Assembly (NCBI GenBank): GCA_036258135.1
Contig: DATAEG010000003.1
Location: 128-64,127 of the forward strand
Direction of reading: 5' to 3'
From: Jatrophihabitantaceae bacterium
GTDB taxonomy: Bacteria > Actinomycetota > Actinomycetes > Mycobacteriales > Jatrophihabitantaceae
Length of the DNA stretch: 64,000 bases
In this document: positions 11,608-21,142 of the stretch, piece after piece
Layout: each line of letters begins with the position of its first letter
Numbering within the stretch: the stretch's first letter is position 1
Translations under genes and position numbers: made by a program
Notes under the pieces: model-generated
Seen by the model: only the letters and a program-made list of their open reading frames with translations
The model's database searches: none
What the model was told of the DNA's origin: nothing

Positions 11608-12336
11608 GTGACGACTTCGGATTCCGGCCAGCCCGACGAGTCTGCCGGTCCCCCCACGCCCGACCCCGCCAGGCCGCCGCCAGATCAGCCACCGCCATCA
11701 GGTCAACCACCCGGCCCGGCGCCGTGGGCCCCACCACCCGCCCCTCCGCCGCCGGGATATGCGGCCCCGCAGCCTCCGCCGCGGGGATATGCGCCGCAGC
11801 CGCCTCCGCCGGGATATGCGGCCCCACCGCCTCCTCCGTCGCCGGGGTACGCGGCCCCGGCCCCGCCACCGCCGCCTCCCGGCTACGCCGCCATGCCGTC
11901 GGCTCCGCCGACCGCTCCCGACGCCATGGGCCGGATCTACGACCCGGCCAGTGATCTGCACCTGCCGGCGGGAACCGAGCTGGCCAGCTACGGTCGCCGA
12001 ATCGGTGCCTACTTCCTGGCCATCCCGCTGGCCATCGTGACTCTCGGCATCGGATACATCATTTGGGGTCTCATCGTCTGGGGCAAAGGCACGACACCCG
12101 CGCTGCAAGTTCTTGGTATGCGTTGCTATCTGCCCAACGAGGGACGCGTGCCCGGCTTCGGGACAATGGTGCTGCGCGAGGTCGTGGGGCGGTTCATCAT
12201 CGAGTCGATCATCTACCTGATCGGGGTCATCTCGTTCTTCGTCTTCTTGACTAACAAGCGGCGGCAGCCGTTCCACGACATGGTCGCCAGCACGGTTGTT
12301 CTCCACGACCCCGACAAGCGACTGATCGTCCCCTAG
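11608..12336 (+). CDS. RDD family membrane protein with proline-rich N-terminal tail
   Basis: 242 aa with a GTG start. The C-terminal half (RRIGAYFLAIPLAIVTLGIGYIIWG ... HDMVASTVV) fits the RDD domain. The N-terminal 100 aa is Pro-rich with PGYA repeats. Confidence 0.75.
   Translation: MTTSDSGQPDESAGPPTPDPARPPPDQPPPSGQPPGPAPWAPPPAPPPPGYAAPQPPPRGYAPQPPPPGYAAPPPPPSPGYAAPAPPPPPPGYAAMPSAPPTAPDAMGRIYDPASDLHLPAGTELASYGRRIGAYFLAIPLAIVTLGIGYIIWGLIVWGKGTTPALQVLGMRCYLPNEGRVPGFGTMVLREVVGRFIIESIIYLIGVISFFVFLTNKRRQPFHDMVASTVVLHDPDKRLIVP
11745..11895 (+). repeat. Imperfect tandem coding repeats (about 30 nt, CCGCCGGGATATGCGGCCCC core) encoding PPPGYAAP units
   Basis: Five successive units are visible in the DNA and in the protein (PPPGYAAPQPPPRGYAPQPPPPGYAAPPPPPSPGYAAPAPPPPPPGYAA). 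Confidence 0.6.
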
Positions 12337-12372
12337 GACAAACGAGTGGTGCGGTGAGCTGACGTCGGCATC

Positions 12373-12394
12373 TGTCCGACCCGGCCCGTACCGT
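12373..12394 (+). promoter_or_regulatory. Weak RecA-NDp/PafBC-like promoter candidate for uvrB
   Basis: TGTCCGAC-N8-TACCGT compared with the consensus tTGTCRgtg-N8-TAnnnT. The -10 ends 7 nt before an in-frame GTG at 12402. Confidence 0.25.
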
Positions 12395-14555
12395 GGAGGG
12401 CGTGCAGACGAAGGCCGGTCGCGTGCTGGTCGAGCCCACGGCGGGGAAATTCGAGGTCGTCTCAGACTTCCAGCCGTCCGGCGACCAACCCGCCGCTATC
12501 GACGCGCTGACCGAACGCATCCGCGCCGGCGCGAAGGACAACGTCCTCCTCGGTGCCACCGGCACTGGCAAGTCGGCCACGACCGCCTGGCTGATCGAAC
12601 GGCTCCAGCGGCCCACCCTGGTCATCGCACCGAACAAGACTCTGGCGGCGCAGCTGGCCAACGAGCTGCGCGAGATGCTGCCGAACAACGCCGTCGAGTA
12701 CTTCGTCAGCTACTACGACTACTACCAGCCCGAGGCGTATGTCCCGCAGACCGACACCTACATCGAGAAGGATTCCTCGATCAACTCCGAGGTCGAGCGG
12801 CTGCGGCACTCGGCCACCTGGCACCTGCTCACCCGACGGGACGTCGTCGTCGTTGCCACCGTCTCGTGCATCTACGGCCTGGGTGCGCCCGAGGAGTACC
12901 TCAGCCAAAGCATCCAGCTGAGCGTCGGCACGACCATCGAACGCGACAAGCTGTTGCGTCAGCTCGTCGACATCCAGTACTCCCGCAACGACCTCTCGTT
13001 CACCCGCGGCACGTTCCGGGTGCGCGGGGACACGGTCGAGGTCTTCCCGATCTACGAAGAGCTGTGCTGCCGCATCGAGATGTTCGGCGACGAGATCGAG
13101 CGGCTGTATTACCTCCACCCGCTCACCGGTGAAGTGATCCGCGATGTCGACAGGATCTTCATTTCGCCGGCCACGCACTACGCCACCGGGGCACAGCGGA
13201 TGGAGAGCGCGGTGCGCGGCATCGAGGCCGAACTCGAGGAGCGGCTCAAGGAGCTCGAGGGCCAGAGCAAGCTGCTCGAGGCCCAGCGACTACGCATGCG
13301 CACGTCGTACGACATCGAGATGCTGCGCCAGGTCGGGTTCTGCTCAGGCATCGAGAACTACAGCCGTCACCTGGACGGCCGGGCGCCCGGCAGCGCCCCG
13401 GCCTGCCTGCTCGACTACTTCCCGGAGGACTTCCTGCTCGTCATCGACGAGTCGCATGTGACCGTCCCGCAGATCGGCGGCATGTACGAGGGCGACATGT
13501 CGCGCAAGCGCACGCTCGTGGAGCATGGCTTCCGGCTGCCGTCGGCGATGGACAACCGGCCGTTGAAGTTCGAGGAGTTCACCGACCGCATTGGCCAGAC
13601 GCTGTATCTGTCGGCCACGCCCGGTCCGTACGAGCTGGGCCGGACGAGGGGTGAGTTCGTCGAGCAGGTCATCCGCCCGACAGGGCTCGTCGACCCCGAG
13701 GTAGTGGTCAAGCCGACCAAGGGGCAGATCGACGACCTCGTCCACGAGATCCGCGAGCGGGCCGCGCGGAATGAGCGGGTCCTGGTAACCACGCTGACCA
13801 AGAAGATGGCCGAGGACCTCACCGACTACCTGCTCGAGTTGGACGTCCGGGTGCGCTACCTACACAGCGAGGTGGACACGCTGCGACGCGTCGAGCTGCT
13901 CAGCGAGCTGCGGATGGGGGAGTTCGACGTCCTCGTCGGCATTAACCTGCTCCGTGAGGGCCTGGACCTGCCCGAGGTGTCCCTGGTCTCGATCCTGGAC
14001 GCGGACAAGGAGGGGTTCCTGCGCAGCGGCACGTCCCTGATCCAGACCATCGGCCGGGCGGCCCGCAACGTGTCCGGCCAGGTGCACATGTACGCCGACA
14101 CCATCACCCCGTCCATGCGCAACGCCATCGACGAAACCAACCGGCGCCGGGCCAAGCAGGTTTCCTACAACCAGGCGCACGGGCTGGACCCCCAGCCGCT
14201 GCGCAAGCGCATCGCCGACATCACTGACCGGCTGGCCCGCGAGGCCCAGGACACCGACGCCCTGCTCAACGCCCGCATCGGAGGGTCCGGCCGGGCCCAG
14301 TCGCGCGGGAAGTCCCCGGTGCCCGGCCGCGGCGGCCGGGGTGCGGGCGTCCTCGGCGTCGGCACGCATGCCGGGCACAACCTCGACACCTCGACGATGG
14401 CCCGTGCCGAGCTGGCCGACCTGATCCAGTCGCTGACCGAGCAGATGCTCCAGTCCGCCCGCGACCTCCAGTTCGAGGTGGCCGCCCGCCTCCGCGACGA
14501 GATCCAGGAGCTGAAGAAGGAGCTACGCGGCATGGACGCGGCCGGCGTCGGCTGA
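12393..14555 (+). CDS. uvrB: excinuclease ABC subunit B
   Basis: 720-aa [20 protein letters not shown], Walker [13 protein letters not shown] box (VIDESHVT) and a C-terminal UVR domain ([15 protein letters not shown]). An alternative, possibly leaderless, GTG lies at 12402. Confidence 0.95.
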   Translation: MEGVQTKAGRVLVEPTAGKFEVVSDFQPSGDQPAAIDALTERIRAGAKDNVLLGATGTGKSATTAWLIERLQRPTLVIAPNKTLAAQLANELREMLPNNAVEYFVSYYDYYQPEAYVPQTDTYIEKDSSINSEVERLRHSATWHLLTRRDVVVVATVSCIYGLGAPEEYLSQSIQLSVGTTIERDKLLRQLVDIQYSRNDLSFTRGTFRVRGDTVEVFPIYEELCCRIEMFGDEIERLYYLHPLTGEVIRDVDRIFISPATHYATGAQRMESAVRGIEAELEERLKELEGQSKLLEAQRLRMRTSYDIEMLRQVGFCSGIENYSRHLDGRAPGSAPACLLDYFPEDFLLVIDESHVTVPQIGGMYEGDMSRKRTLVEHGFRLPSAMDNRPLKFEEFTDRIGQTLYLSATPGPYELGRTRGEFVEQVIRPTGLVDPEVVVKPTKGQIDDLVHEIRERAARNERVLVTTLTKKMAEDLTDYLLELDVRVRYLHSEVDTLRRVELLSELRMGEFDVLVGINLLREGLDLPEVSLVSILDADKEGFLRSGTSLIQTIGRAARNVSGQVHMYADTITPSMRNAIDETNRRRAKQVSYNQAHGLDPQPLRKRIADITDRLAREAQDTDALLNARIGGSGRAQSRGKSPVPGRGGRGAGVLGVGTHAGHNLDTSTMARAELADLIQSLTEQMLQSARDLQFEVAARLRDEIQELKKELRGMDAAGVG

Positions 14556-14608
14556 TCACCCCACGAAACCGCGTCGCACAGAACGCTCCGCGCTTTCGCG
14601 GGCAGGGC
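14555..14608 (+). repeat. Structured post-stop repeat, family 1, copy 1
   Basis: TCACCCCACGAAACCGCGTCGCACAGAACGCTCCGCGCTTTCGCGGGCAGGGCC begins at the uvrB stop codon. It is near-identical to the copy at 21088-21140 (minus strand) and homologous to 61712-61765 and 63841-63893. Confidence 0.8.
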
Positions 14609-14676
14609 CGACGCCGCTTGTCGCCAATGCGAGCCATGGCCGATCGTGGTGGTCGAGTTGAGTGTAGAGGTGAGCC

Positions 14677-15129
14677 ATGTCCGCCGAGACCGTCATCCAC
14701 CACCCGTTCCAGGTGACCTTCGACTGCGCCAATCCGCGCCGGCAGTCCCGGTTCTGGGCGCAGGTGCTCGGCTACGTGCCGCAGTCCCCGCCGCCGGGCT
14801 TCGCGTCCTGGTCGGACTTTGCGATGAGCATCGGCATGCCCGCATCAGGGTTGGACGAGGTTGCGGCGATCGTCGACCCGACAGGCGTCGCACCCCGGCT
14901 GCTGTTCCTCGCCGTGCCCGAGCGGAAGTCAGCGAAGAACCGGGTGCACCTCGACATCAATGTCCCCGCCCCCGACGGCACGTCACCGGAGCAGCGGCAG
15001 TCGATCGTGCGGGCCAAGGCAACGGCCCTGGTGAACGCCGGTGCCACGTTTGTGGCCGAGCGGTCCGACGACTTCAGTTGGTGGGTGACGCTCCTCGACC
15101 CGGAAGGCAACGAGTTCTGCCTTCAGTGA
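14677..15129 (+). CDS. VOC (glyoxalase/bleomycin resistance-like) family protein
   Basis: 150 aa. FQVTFDCANP ... NRVHLDI ... WVTLLDPEGNEFCL is typical of the glyoxalase-like domain. Confidence 0.75.
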   Translation: MSAETVIHHPFQVTFDCANPRRQSRFWAQVLGYVPQSPPPGFASWSDFAMSIGMPASGLDEVAAIVDPTGVAPRLLFLAVPERKSAKNRVHLDINVPAPDGTSPEQRQSIVRAKATALVNAGATFVAERSDDFSWWVTLLDPEGNEFCLQ

Positions 15130-16003
15130 CGGGCCGCGCGCCGAGGTAGCGGACGGCTTCGGCGGCGGCGGCGCCGGCCACCGCGACGGCATCGTCCAGT
15201 TCGGCACCCACGGCCACGCGCGCCAGGAACGTTCCCGCGAACGCGTCACCGGCGCCCGTCGAGTCCCGGGCGGTGAGGGCTAGGCCGGCGAATCGCCGGA
15301 CCGTCCCGTCCACCGCCACGACGACGCCGCGGGCGCCGTCCTTGACCAGGACGAGCGGGACCGATTCGTGCAGCCGCCTCGCCGCGGGCGCAGGTTCCAG
15401 ACCGTCGGTCAGCACGTCGGCCTCGTCGCGGTTGGCGAGCAGCATGTCGATGCCAGCCACGATGTCGAGGAAATGTCGAGGCCCGAAGGCGGCCAACGGT
15501 GCCGACGACGCCGCGTCGACGCTGATCCGGGCCGCTCCGGCGCGGGCCCGGTCCAGTGCGGCCAGGCCGGCGGCGCGCGACCGCGGGTCGAAGAGCACGT
15601 AACCGGACAGGTGCCAGAGGTCGCCGACGGCGACGTCAGGTAGGTCGTCCGGCTGGAGATACGCGTTGGCGCCTATGGACGGGACCATGGTGCGCTCGCC
15701 ATCGGGTCCGACGAGGACGAGGCACAGGCCGGTGGACTCGTGGGGGTCGACGGTCACGTGCGCGGCCACCCCAGCCTCCTGCAACGTCGAGACGGCTCGT
15801 CGGCCGAAGTCGTCGTCGCCAACGCGGCCGACGAAGCTCGCCGGCGCGCCCGCCCGGGCCGCCCAAGCGGCCGTGTTGGCCGCCGAGCCGCCCGGTCGCA
15901 GCTCGATCGGGGCCGGTGTGTCCGATCCTGGCGCGAGGGGCGCGGCCAGCGTGGCGATGACGTCGACCATCACGTGGCCGACGCAGACGACCCGGCCGCT
16001 CAT
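15074..16003 (-). CDS. PfkB family carbohydrate kinase (pseudouridine kinase-like)
   Basis: 309 aa. VGHVMVDV, GGSAANTA and the C-terminal DSTGAGDAF motif. Located immediately downstream of psuG. The 3' end overlaps the convergent VOC gene by 56 nt. Confidence 0.82.
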   Translation of the reverse strand: MSGRVVCVGHVMVDVIATLAAPLAPGSDTPAPIELRPGGSAANTAAWAARAGAPASFVGRVGDDDFGRRAVSTLQEAGVAAHVTVDPHESTGLCLVLVGPDGERTMVPSIGANAYLQPDDLPDVAVGDLWHLSGYVLFDPRSRAAGLAALDRARAGAARISVDAASSAPLAAFGPRHFLDIVAGIDMLLANRDEADVLTDGLEPAPAARRLHESVPLVLVKDGARGVVVAVDGTVRRFAGLALTARDSTGAGDAFAGTFLARVAVGAELDDAVAVAGAAAAEAVRYLGARPVTEGRTRCLPGRGASPTN

Positions 16004-16009
16004 TGTCGG

Positions 16010-16909
16010 TCAGGTTGCCGCAGCCACGGCTACGGCGCCGGCCACTCGGGCGTTGTCGAGGATCAGGGCCACGTTCGTGTCCAACGAGGCGCCGCTGGTC
16101 TCTCGGTGGAAGTATTCCAGCAGGAACGGGGTGACCTGCTTGCCGCGGATCCCAGCCGATTCGAGCTCGGCCAGTCCCTCGGCCAGGACCCGGTCATGCT
16201 GGGCGCGGTCGAGTTCGTGCTCGGCGGCCACCGGGTTGGCCAGGACCATGCCGAAGCTGTCAGTGCCGAGCTCGCGACGGGCTCGCAACGCCTCCGCGAC
16301 CTGCGCCGGGGTGTCCAACCGCCAGTCAATCGGGTAGCCCGAGTCGGCCAGGTAGAAGCCCGGAAAGTGGTCGGTACGGTAACCGATCACGGCGACGTTC
16401 AGCGTTTCGAGCCGCTCCAGGGTGGCTCCGACATCCAGGATGGACTTGACCCCGGAACACACCACGAGGATCGGCAGCCGAGCCAGCGCCGCCAGGTCGC
16501 CGGATTCGTCCCAGCTCTCCCGCGCCCCGCGGTGGACGCCGCCGAGCCCACCGGTGGCGAAGACAGCGATGCCCACGCGACTGGCCAGGTGCGCGGTCGC
16601 GGCCACTGTCGTAGCGGCAGTCCGGCGCAACGTAGCCACGATGGCGAGGTCGCGGACGCTCGCCTTGACGGTGGTTTCGGGGTCAGCGATGCGCTCCAAG
16701 GCGACGTCGTCCAACCCAAAGTGCGGCTCACCGTCGAGCACCGCGATCGTGGCTGGGACGGCACCCGCGTCACGCACGGCCGCCTCGATCTGGCGCGCTA
16801 CGTCGACGTTCCGCGGGGCGGGCAGTCCGTGGCTGATGATCGTGCTCTCCAGCGCCACCACCGGACCACCGCGGCGCAACGCCCCAGCCACCTCAGGATG
16901 TACCCGCAC
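16010..16909 (-). CDS. psuG: pseudouridine-5'-phosphate glycosidase
   Basis: 299 aa. VALESTIISHGLP, FATGGLGGVHRG and VVCSGVKSILD motifs characteristic of PsuG/IndA. Confidence 0.9.
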   Translation of the reverse strand: MRVHPEVAGALRRGGPVVALESTIISHGLPAPRNVDVARQIEAAVRDAGAVPATIAVLDGEPHFGLDDVALERIADPETTVKASVRDLAIVATLRRTAATTVAATAHLASRVGIAVFATGGLGGVHRGARESWDESGDLAALARLPILVVCSGVKSILDVGATLERLETLNVAVIGYRTDHFPGFYLADSGYPIDWRLDTPAQVAEALRARRELGTDSFGMVLANPVAAEHELDRAQHDRVLAEGLAELESAGIRGKQVTPFLLEYFHRETSGASLDTNVALILDNARVAGAVAVAAAT

Positions 16910-16967
16910 GTCAGGACAGTAGTGCCCGCGGTCGCCAACTCGGTCGTGATGCGGCCAGGATGAATTC

Positions 16968-17378
16968 GTGATCGACCACGTGACCGTGACGGCCTCCGAC
17001 CTGGAACGCAGCGGCGCCTTCTACGACGGCGCCCTGGCCCCGCTCGGCTTCCGGCGGGTCGTTGAGTACGTCGATCCCGAGGACGAGGACGAGGCGGGCG
17101 TCGAGGCGATCGGCTACGCCTCCGGCCGCGACGCGGCTAGCGTCTGGCTCGTCTCAGGACCCGCGCCGACGCACAACGTGCACGTCGCCTTCCAGGCGGG
17201 CGACGTCGAGGCCGTCAACCGGTTCTACGCCGCCGCGCTGGAGAGTGGTGGTCGGGAGAGCCAGGCCCCGCGTCGGTGGGAGATCTACCGGCCCGGTTAC
17301 TACGGCGCGCTGGTGGCCGACCCGGACGGCAACCTCATCGAGGCGTTGATCGCCGGCCCTCAGTCGACGTCCTCATAG
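16968..17378 (+). CDS. VOC family protein
   Basis: 136 aa with a GTG start. IDHVTVTASDLERSGAFY ... YYGALVADPDGNLIEA, glyoxalase fold. Confidence 0.75.
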   Translation: MIDHVTVTASDLERSGAFYDGALAPLGFRRVVEYVDPEDEDEAGVEAIGYASGRDAASVWLVSGPAPTHNVHVAFQAGDVEAVNRFYAAALESGGRESQAPRRWEIYRPGYYGALVADPDGNLIEALIAGPQSTSS

Positions 17379-17650
17379 TGCTCGACGAGCGGTGGGTTCG
17401 CGAAGTACGGGCGGATCAAGGCCCGCCAGCGACCGAAGCGCTCCGTCTGCCGGAAGTTGACCTCGTGGGCTTCCACCGAGTCCCACTCCACGAGGAGCAC
17501 GAACCGGGTCGGCCGCTCGATGCCGTGCGTCATGCGCACCGATCTCACCCCGGGCGTGCTCAGCACGATCTCGCGAGCGATGCGGTAGGCCGACGCGAAC
17601 TGCTCGGCGGTTCCGTCCTGGACGTCGATGAGAGCCACCTCGAGCACCAC
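17360..17650 (-). CDS. antibiotic biosynthesis monooxygenase (ABM) family protein
   Basis: 96 aa, ferredoxin-like ABM pattern (RFVLLVEWDSVEAH). Confidence 0.7.
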   Translation of the reverse strand: MVLEVALIDVQDGTAEQFASAYRIAREIVLSTPGVRSVRMTHGIERPTRFVLLVEWDSVEAHEVNFRQTERFGRWRALIRPYFANPPLVEHYEDVD

Positions 17651-17678
17651 GAGCGAGGATACTGGCAGACTCCGATGG

Positions 17679-18710
17679 GTGACACCGGCCTACGCAGCCG
17701 CGACGGCGCGTTACGACTCGATGACATATCGGCGGTGCGGACGCAGCGGGTTGCTGCTGCCGGTGGTCTCGCTGGGATTGTGGCACAACTTCGGTGACGA
17801 CAAGCCGCTCGACGTCCAGCAGGCGATCTTGCGGCGCGCCTTCGATCTCGGCGTCACCCACTTCGACCTGGCCAACAACTACGGCCCGCCGTACGGCGCG
17901 GCGGAGCGGAACTTCGGCGGGCACCTGGCCCGCGACTTCCGGCCCTACCGCGACGAGCTCGTCATCTCCACCAAGGCGGGCTACGACATGTGGCCTGGGC
18001 CGTATGGCGACCACGGGTCGCGCAAGTACCTGCTGGCCTCGTTGGACCAGTCGTTGGCCCGCATGGGATTGGACTACGTCGACATCTTCTACAGCCACCG
18101 CTTCGACCCCGACACCCCGTTGGAGGAGACGGTCGGCGCGCTCGTCGCGGCGGTGGAGTCCGGCCGGGCGCTGTACGCCGGGATCTCGTCCTACTCGACC
18201 GAACGCACCCAGCAGGCCGCCACCATGCTGCGCACGGCCGGCGTCCCGCTGCTGATCCACCAGCCGTCGTACTCGATGCTCAACCGCTGGGTCGAGGAGT
18301 CCTTGCTGGACGCGCTGGAGGATCTCGGCGTGGGTTGCATCGCGTTCTCGCCGCTGGCACAGGGCATGCTGACCGACCGCTACCTCAAGGGCATCCCGGC
18401 CGGTTCCCGGGCGGCGTCGGACAAGTCGCTGTCCCCGGACCTGCTGACGGACGAGGCCATGCGGCACATCCGGGCGCTGAACCGTCTGGCCGCCCGCCGC
18501 GGGCAGACGCTGGCCCAGCTGGCGCTGTCCTGGCTGCTGCGCGACGACCGGATCACCAGCGTGCTGGTGGGCGCGTCGTCCGTCGAGCAGCTCGAGCAGA
18601 ACCTGCGCGCCGCCTCGGCGCCGCCGCTCACCGATGCCGAGCTACGTTCGATCGACCGGCATGCGGTCGAGGCGGGCATCGACCTGTGGAAGCCGTCGCG
18701 GGACTCGTGA
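17679..18710 (+). CDS. aldo/keto reductase (L-glyceraldehyde 3-phosphate reductase, YghZ-like)
   Basis: ORF 17628..18710. [23 protein letters not shown] aligns with the YghZ N-terminus. GTG 17679 is preferred because ATG 17628 would overlap the divergent ABM gene. Confidence 0.85.
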   Translation: MTPAYAAATARYDSMTYRRCGRSGLLLPVVSLGLWHNFGDDKPLDVQQAILRRAFDLGVTHFDLANNYGPPYGAAERNFGGHLARDFRPYRDELVISTKAGYDMWPGPYGDHGSRKYLLASLDQSLARMGLDYVDIFYSHRFDPDTPLEETVGALVAAVESGRALYAGISSYSTERTQQAATMLRTAGVPLLIHQPSYSMLNRWVEESLLDALEDLGVGCIAFSPLAQGMLTDRYLKGIPAGSRAASDKSLSPDLLTDEAMRHIRALNRLAARRGQTLAQLALSWLLRDDRITSVLVGASSVEQLEQNLRAASAPPLTDAELRSIDRHAVEAGIDLWKPSRDS

Positions 18711-18711
18711 G

Positions 18712-19410
18712 ATGACCACGCCTGCCACGACCACCCGCGTACCGCTGCGCGACCTGCTCGACCCCGGCTGGGCGCAAGCGCTGGAGCCGGTGGCCGGTCA
18801 GATCAGCTCGATGGGTGACTTCCTGCGGGCCGAACTGGCCGCCGGACGCCGCTACCTGCCGGCCGGCACCGCGGTGCTGCGCGCCTTCACCCACCCCTTC
18901 GACCAGGTGCGGGTGCTGATCGTGGGCCAGGACCCGTACCCGACTCCCGGCCACCCGGTGGGGCTGTCGTTCTCCGTCGCGCCCGGCGTGCGCCCATTGC
19001 CGCCCAGCCTCGTCAACATCTTCCGCGAGTACACCGCCGACCTGGGCTACCCGACCCCGGCTAGCGGTGACCTGACCCCGTGGGCCGAGCACGGCATCCT
19101 GCTGCTGAACAGGGTGCTCACCGTCGCGCCCGGCGCCTCGGCCAGCCACCGCGGAAAGGGCTGGGAGCCGGTCACCGAACAGGCCATCCGGGCTCTGGTG
19201 GCGCGGGGCAAGGCGCTCGTCTCGATTCTGTGGGGCCGCGACGCGCAGACGCTGGCGCCGCTGCTAGGCGACCTGCCGCGCATCGAGTCGGCGCACCCGT
19301 CGCCGATGTCGGCCGACCGCGGCTTCTTCGGCTCGCGTCCGTTCAGCCGGGCCAACGAGCTGCTGGTGGCCGCGGGCGCCGAGCCCGTCGACTGGCGGCT
19401 GCCCGCCTGA
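18712..19410 (+). CDS. ung: uracil-DNA glycosylase
   Basis: ATG 18712 in ORF 18634..19410. Family-1 UDG motifs [30 protein letters not shown]. Confidence 0.92.
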   Translation: MTTPATTTRVPLRDLLDPGWAQALEPVAGQISSMGDFLRAELAAGRRYLPAGTAVLRAFTHPFDQVRVLIVGQDPYPTPGHPVGLSFSVAPGVRPLPPSLVNIFREYTADLGYPTPASGDLTPWAEHGILLLNRVLTVAPGASASHRGKGWEPVTEQAIRALVARGKALVSILWGRDAQTLAPLLGDLPRIESAHPSPMSADRGFFGSRPFSRANELLVAAGAEPVDWRLPA

Positions 19411-19417
19411 CTGTCGG

Positions 19418-20401
19418 CTACAGCGCGGCGAGGAGTTGCTGCTGCTCATCGTCGGTGAGGCCGGCGCGGCGGGTCCGAGTCGGGTTGAGGGTGCGCTCCC
19501 AGGCCAGGGCGCGCCGGACAAGTCGGTCCAGCGGCGGATCGGGTAGGCCGAGCTGCTCGGCGGCCGTCCGGCTGCGGGCCATGAACCCGGCGTACTCCGG
19601 CCCCGGCGTCCAGACCGGCAGTGACCGCGGTCCCATCCACGGCTGGACGCCCTGGCCGATCAGCCAGTCCGGATCGGCCACGACGACATCACCGCGGTGC
19701 CCGGTGGCCTCTCGGCAGGCGGTCACAACGTCTCCGAATCGGCGCTGCTCGCCCACGGCGTTGACGGTGCCGGTGGCGCCGGAGAGCCCAGCGTCCACGA
19801 GCCAGCCGGCCAGGTCGATGACGTCGAGAAGCTGGACCGGCGCATACAGCGGACCAGGCACGAGCACCGTCGCGTCCGCGCCCCGGTCGAAGCGCCACGG
19901 CCAATACCCGAACCGGTCGCTCCGATCGCCGTACCCGCAGATCAGCCCCGGCCGGGCCACCAGTAGCCGGTCTGAAAGGACGTTACGGAGCGCGTCTTCG
20001 CAGGCCACCTTCCCCTCGCCGTACTGCTCGATGGTGGCCTCGTCGGCGGTCAGCCCGGGCAGCACCTCGGCGGACTCGTCGGCGTCGGGTTGGCTGTTGT
20101 GTCGGTAGACCGAGCAGCTCGACACGTAGACCCAGTGGCCGGCTTGGTCGGAGAGCGCCCGAACGGCGGACCGGACGTACCCCGGCTGGCTGGTCACGTC
20201 GACGACGAGGTCCCAGTTCCGGTCGGGCAGACCGGCGTACGCGTCCGGACGCGAGCGGTCACCCGTCATCAGCGACGCGCCCGCGGGCGGTTCGCCCGAC
20301 TGGCCGCGGGCCAGGCACGTCACCTCATGACCGCGGGCCACCGCGTGGGCGGCCACCTCCCGGCCGAGCCACCCCGTGCCGCCCAGGACGAGGACGCTCA
20401 C
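19418..20401 (-). CDS. NAD-dependent epimerase/dehydratase (SDR) family protein
   Basis: Rossmann motif VLVLGGTGWLG. GTG 20399-20401 overlaps the stop of the upstream MBL gene (GTGA). ORF extends to 20419. Confidence 0.78.
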   Translation of the reverse strand: MSVLVLGGTGWLGREVAAHAVARGHEVTCLARGQSGEPPAGASLMTGDRSRPDAYAGLPDRNWDLVVDVTSQPGYVRSAVRALSDQAGHWVYVSSCSVYRHNSQPDADESAEVLPGLTADEATIEQYGEGKVACEDALRNVLSDRLLVARPGLICGYGDRSDRFGYWPWRFDRGADATVLVPGPLYAPVQLLDVIDLAGWLVDAGLSGATGTVNAVGEQRRFGDVVTACREATGHRGDVVVADPDWLIGQGVQPWMGPRSLPVWTPGPEYAGFMARSRTAAEQLGLPDPPLDRLVRRALAWERTLNPTRTRRAGLTDDEQQQLLAAL

Positions 20402-21057
20402 CACCCGCGGGCGCGCCACTCGCCGAGGTGTGGCCGTTCGGCGCCGAGTGTGGAGTCGTCACCGTGACCGGGGTAGAACCAGGTGTCGTCGGGGAGCACG
20501 TCGAAGATCCGGGCCTCGACGTCGTCGATGAGGGACGTGAAGTCCTCCGGCGAGTGCGTCTTTCCCACGCCTCCCGGAAAGAGCGAGTCGCCGGTGAACA
20601 GGTGCGCGGTGCCCTCGGGGTCGCGGTAGAGCACGGCGATCGAGCCGGGGGTGTGACCCCGCAGCCCGATGATATCCAGCGTCGAGGCACCCAGCTCGAC
20701 GGTGTCGCCGTCCTCCAGGCGGTGGTCCACCTCGACCGGCAGCTCGTCGGCGTCCGCGACTCCAGCCAACGTCTGCGCGCCGGTGTCGGCCACGACGGCC
20801 CGCAGCGCCTGCCAGTGGTCGCCGTGCCGATGTGTGGTGAGGACGCAGCGCACCGGCGGGCCGCCCAGCCGCACCAATTTGGCCAGCCGCTCCGGCTCGT
20901 CGGCGGCGTCGATGAGCAGCCCGTCGCCGGTGTCTCGGTCGCGAAGGAGGTAGGCGTTGTTGCCCATCCAGCCGACTTCCTGCTTGGCGATCGTCAGGCC
21001 AGGCAGCTCGCGGACGGCCGGCGGTCCGCCGGCCTTCACCGATCCTGTGTAACTCAT
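20398..21057 (-). CDS. MBL-fold metallo-hydrolase (glyoxalase II-like)
   Basis: 219 aa. THRHGDHW metal-binding motif and GHTPGS. Confidence 0.85.
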   Translation of the reverse strand: MSYTGSVKAGGPPAVRELPGLTIAKQEVGWMGNNAYLLRDRDTGDGLLIDAADEPERLAKLVRLGGPPVRCVLTTHRHGDHWQALRAVVADTGAQTLAGVADADELPVEVDHRLEDGDTVELGASTLDIIGLRGHTPGSIAVLYRDPEGTAHLFTGDSLFPGGVGKTHSPEDFTSLIDDVEARIFDVLPDDTWFYPGHGDDSTLGAERPHLGEWRARGW

Positions 21058-21087
21058 GGGTCTACCTTCAACCGGACCACGGGGAAC

Positions 21088-21140
21088 GGGGTCCCTGCGA
21101 AAGCGCGGAGCGTTCTGTGCGGAGCGGTTTCGTGGGGTGA
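21088..21140 (-). repeat. Structured post-stop repeat, family 1, copy 2
   Basis: The reverse complement reads CACCCCACGAAACCGCTCCGCACAGAACGCTCCGCGCTTTCGCAGGGACCCC. It starts 3 nt after the TGA of the DUF4032 gene. Confidence 0.8.
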
Positions 21141-21142
21141 TC

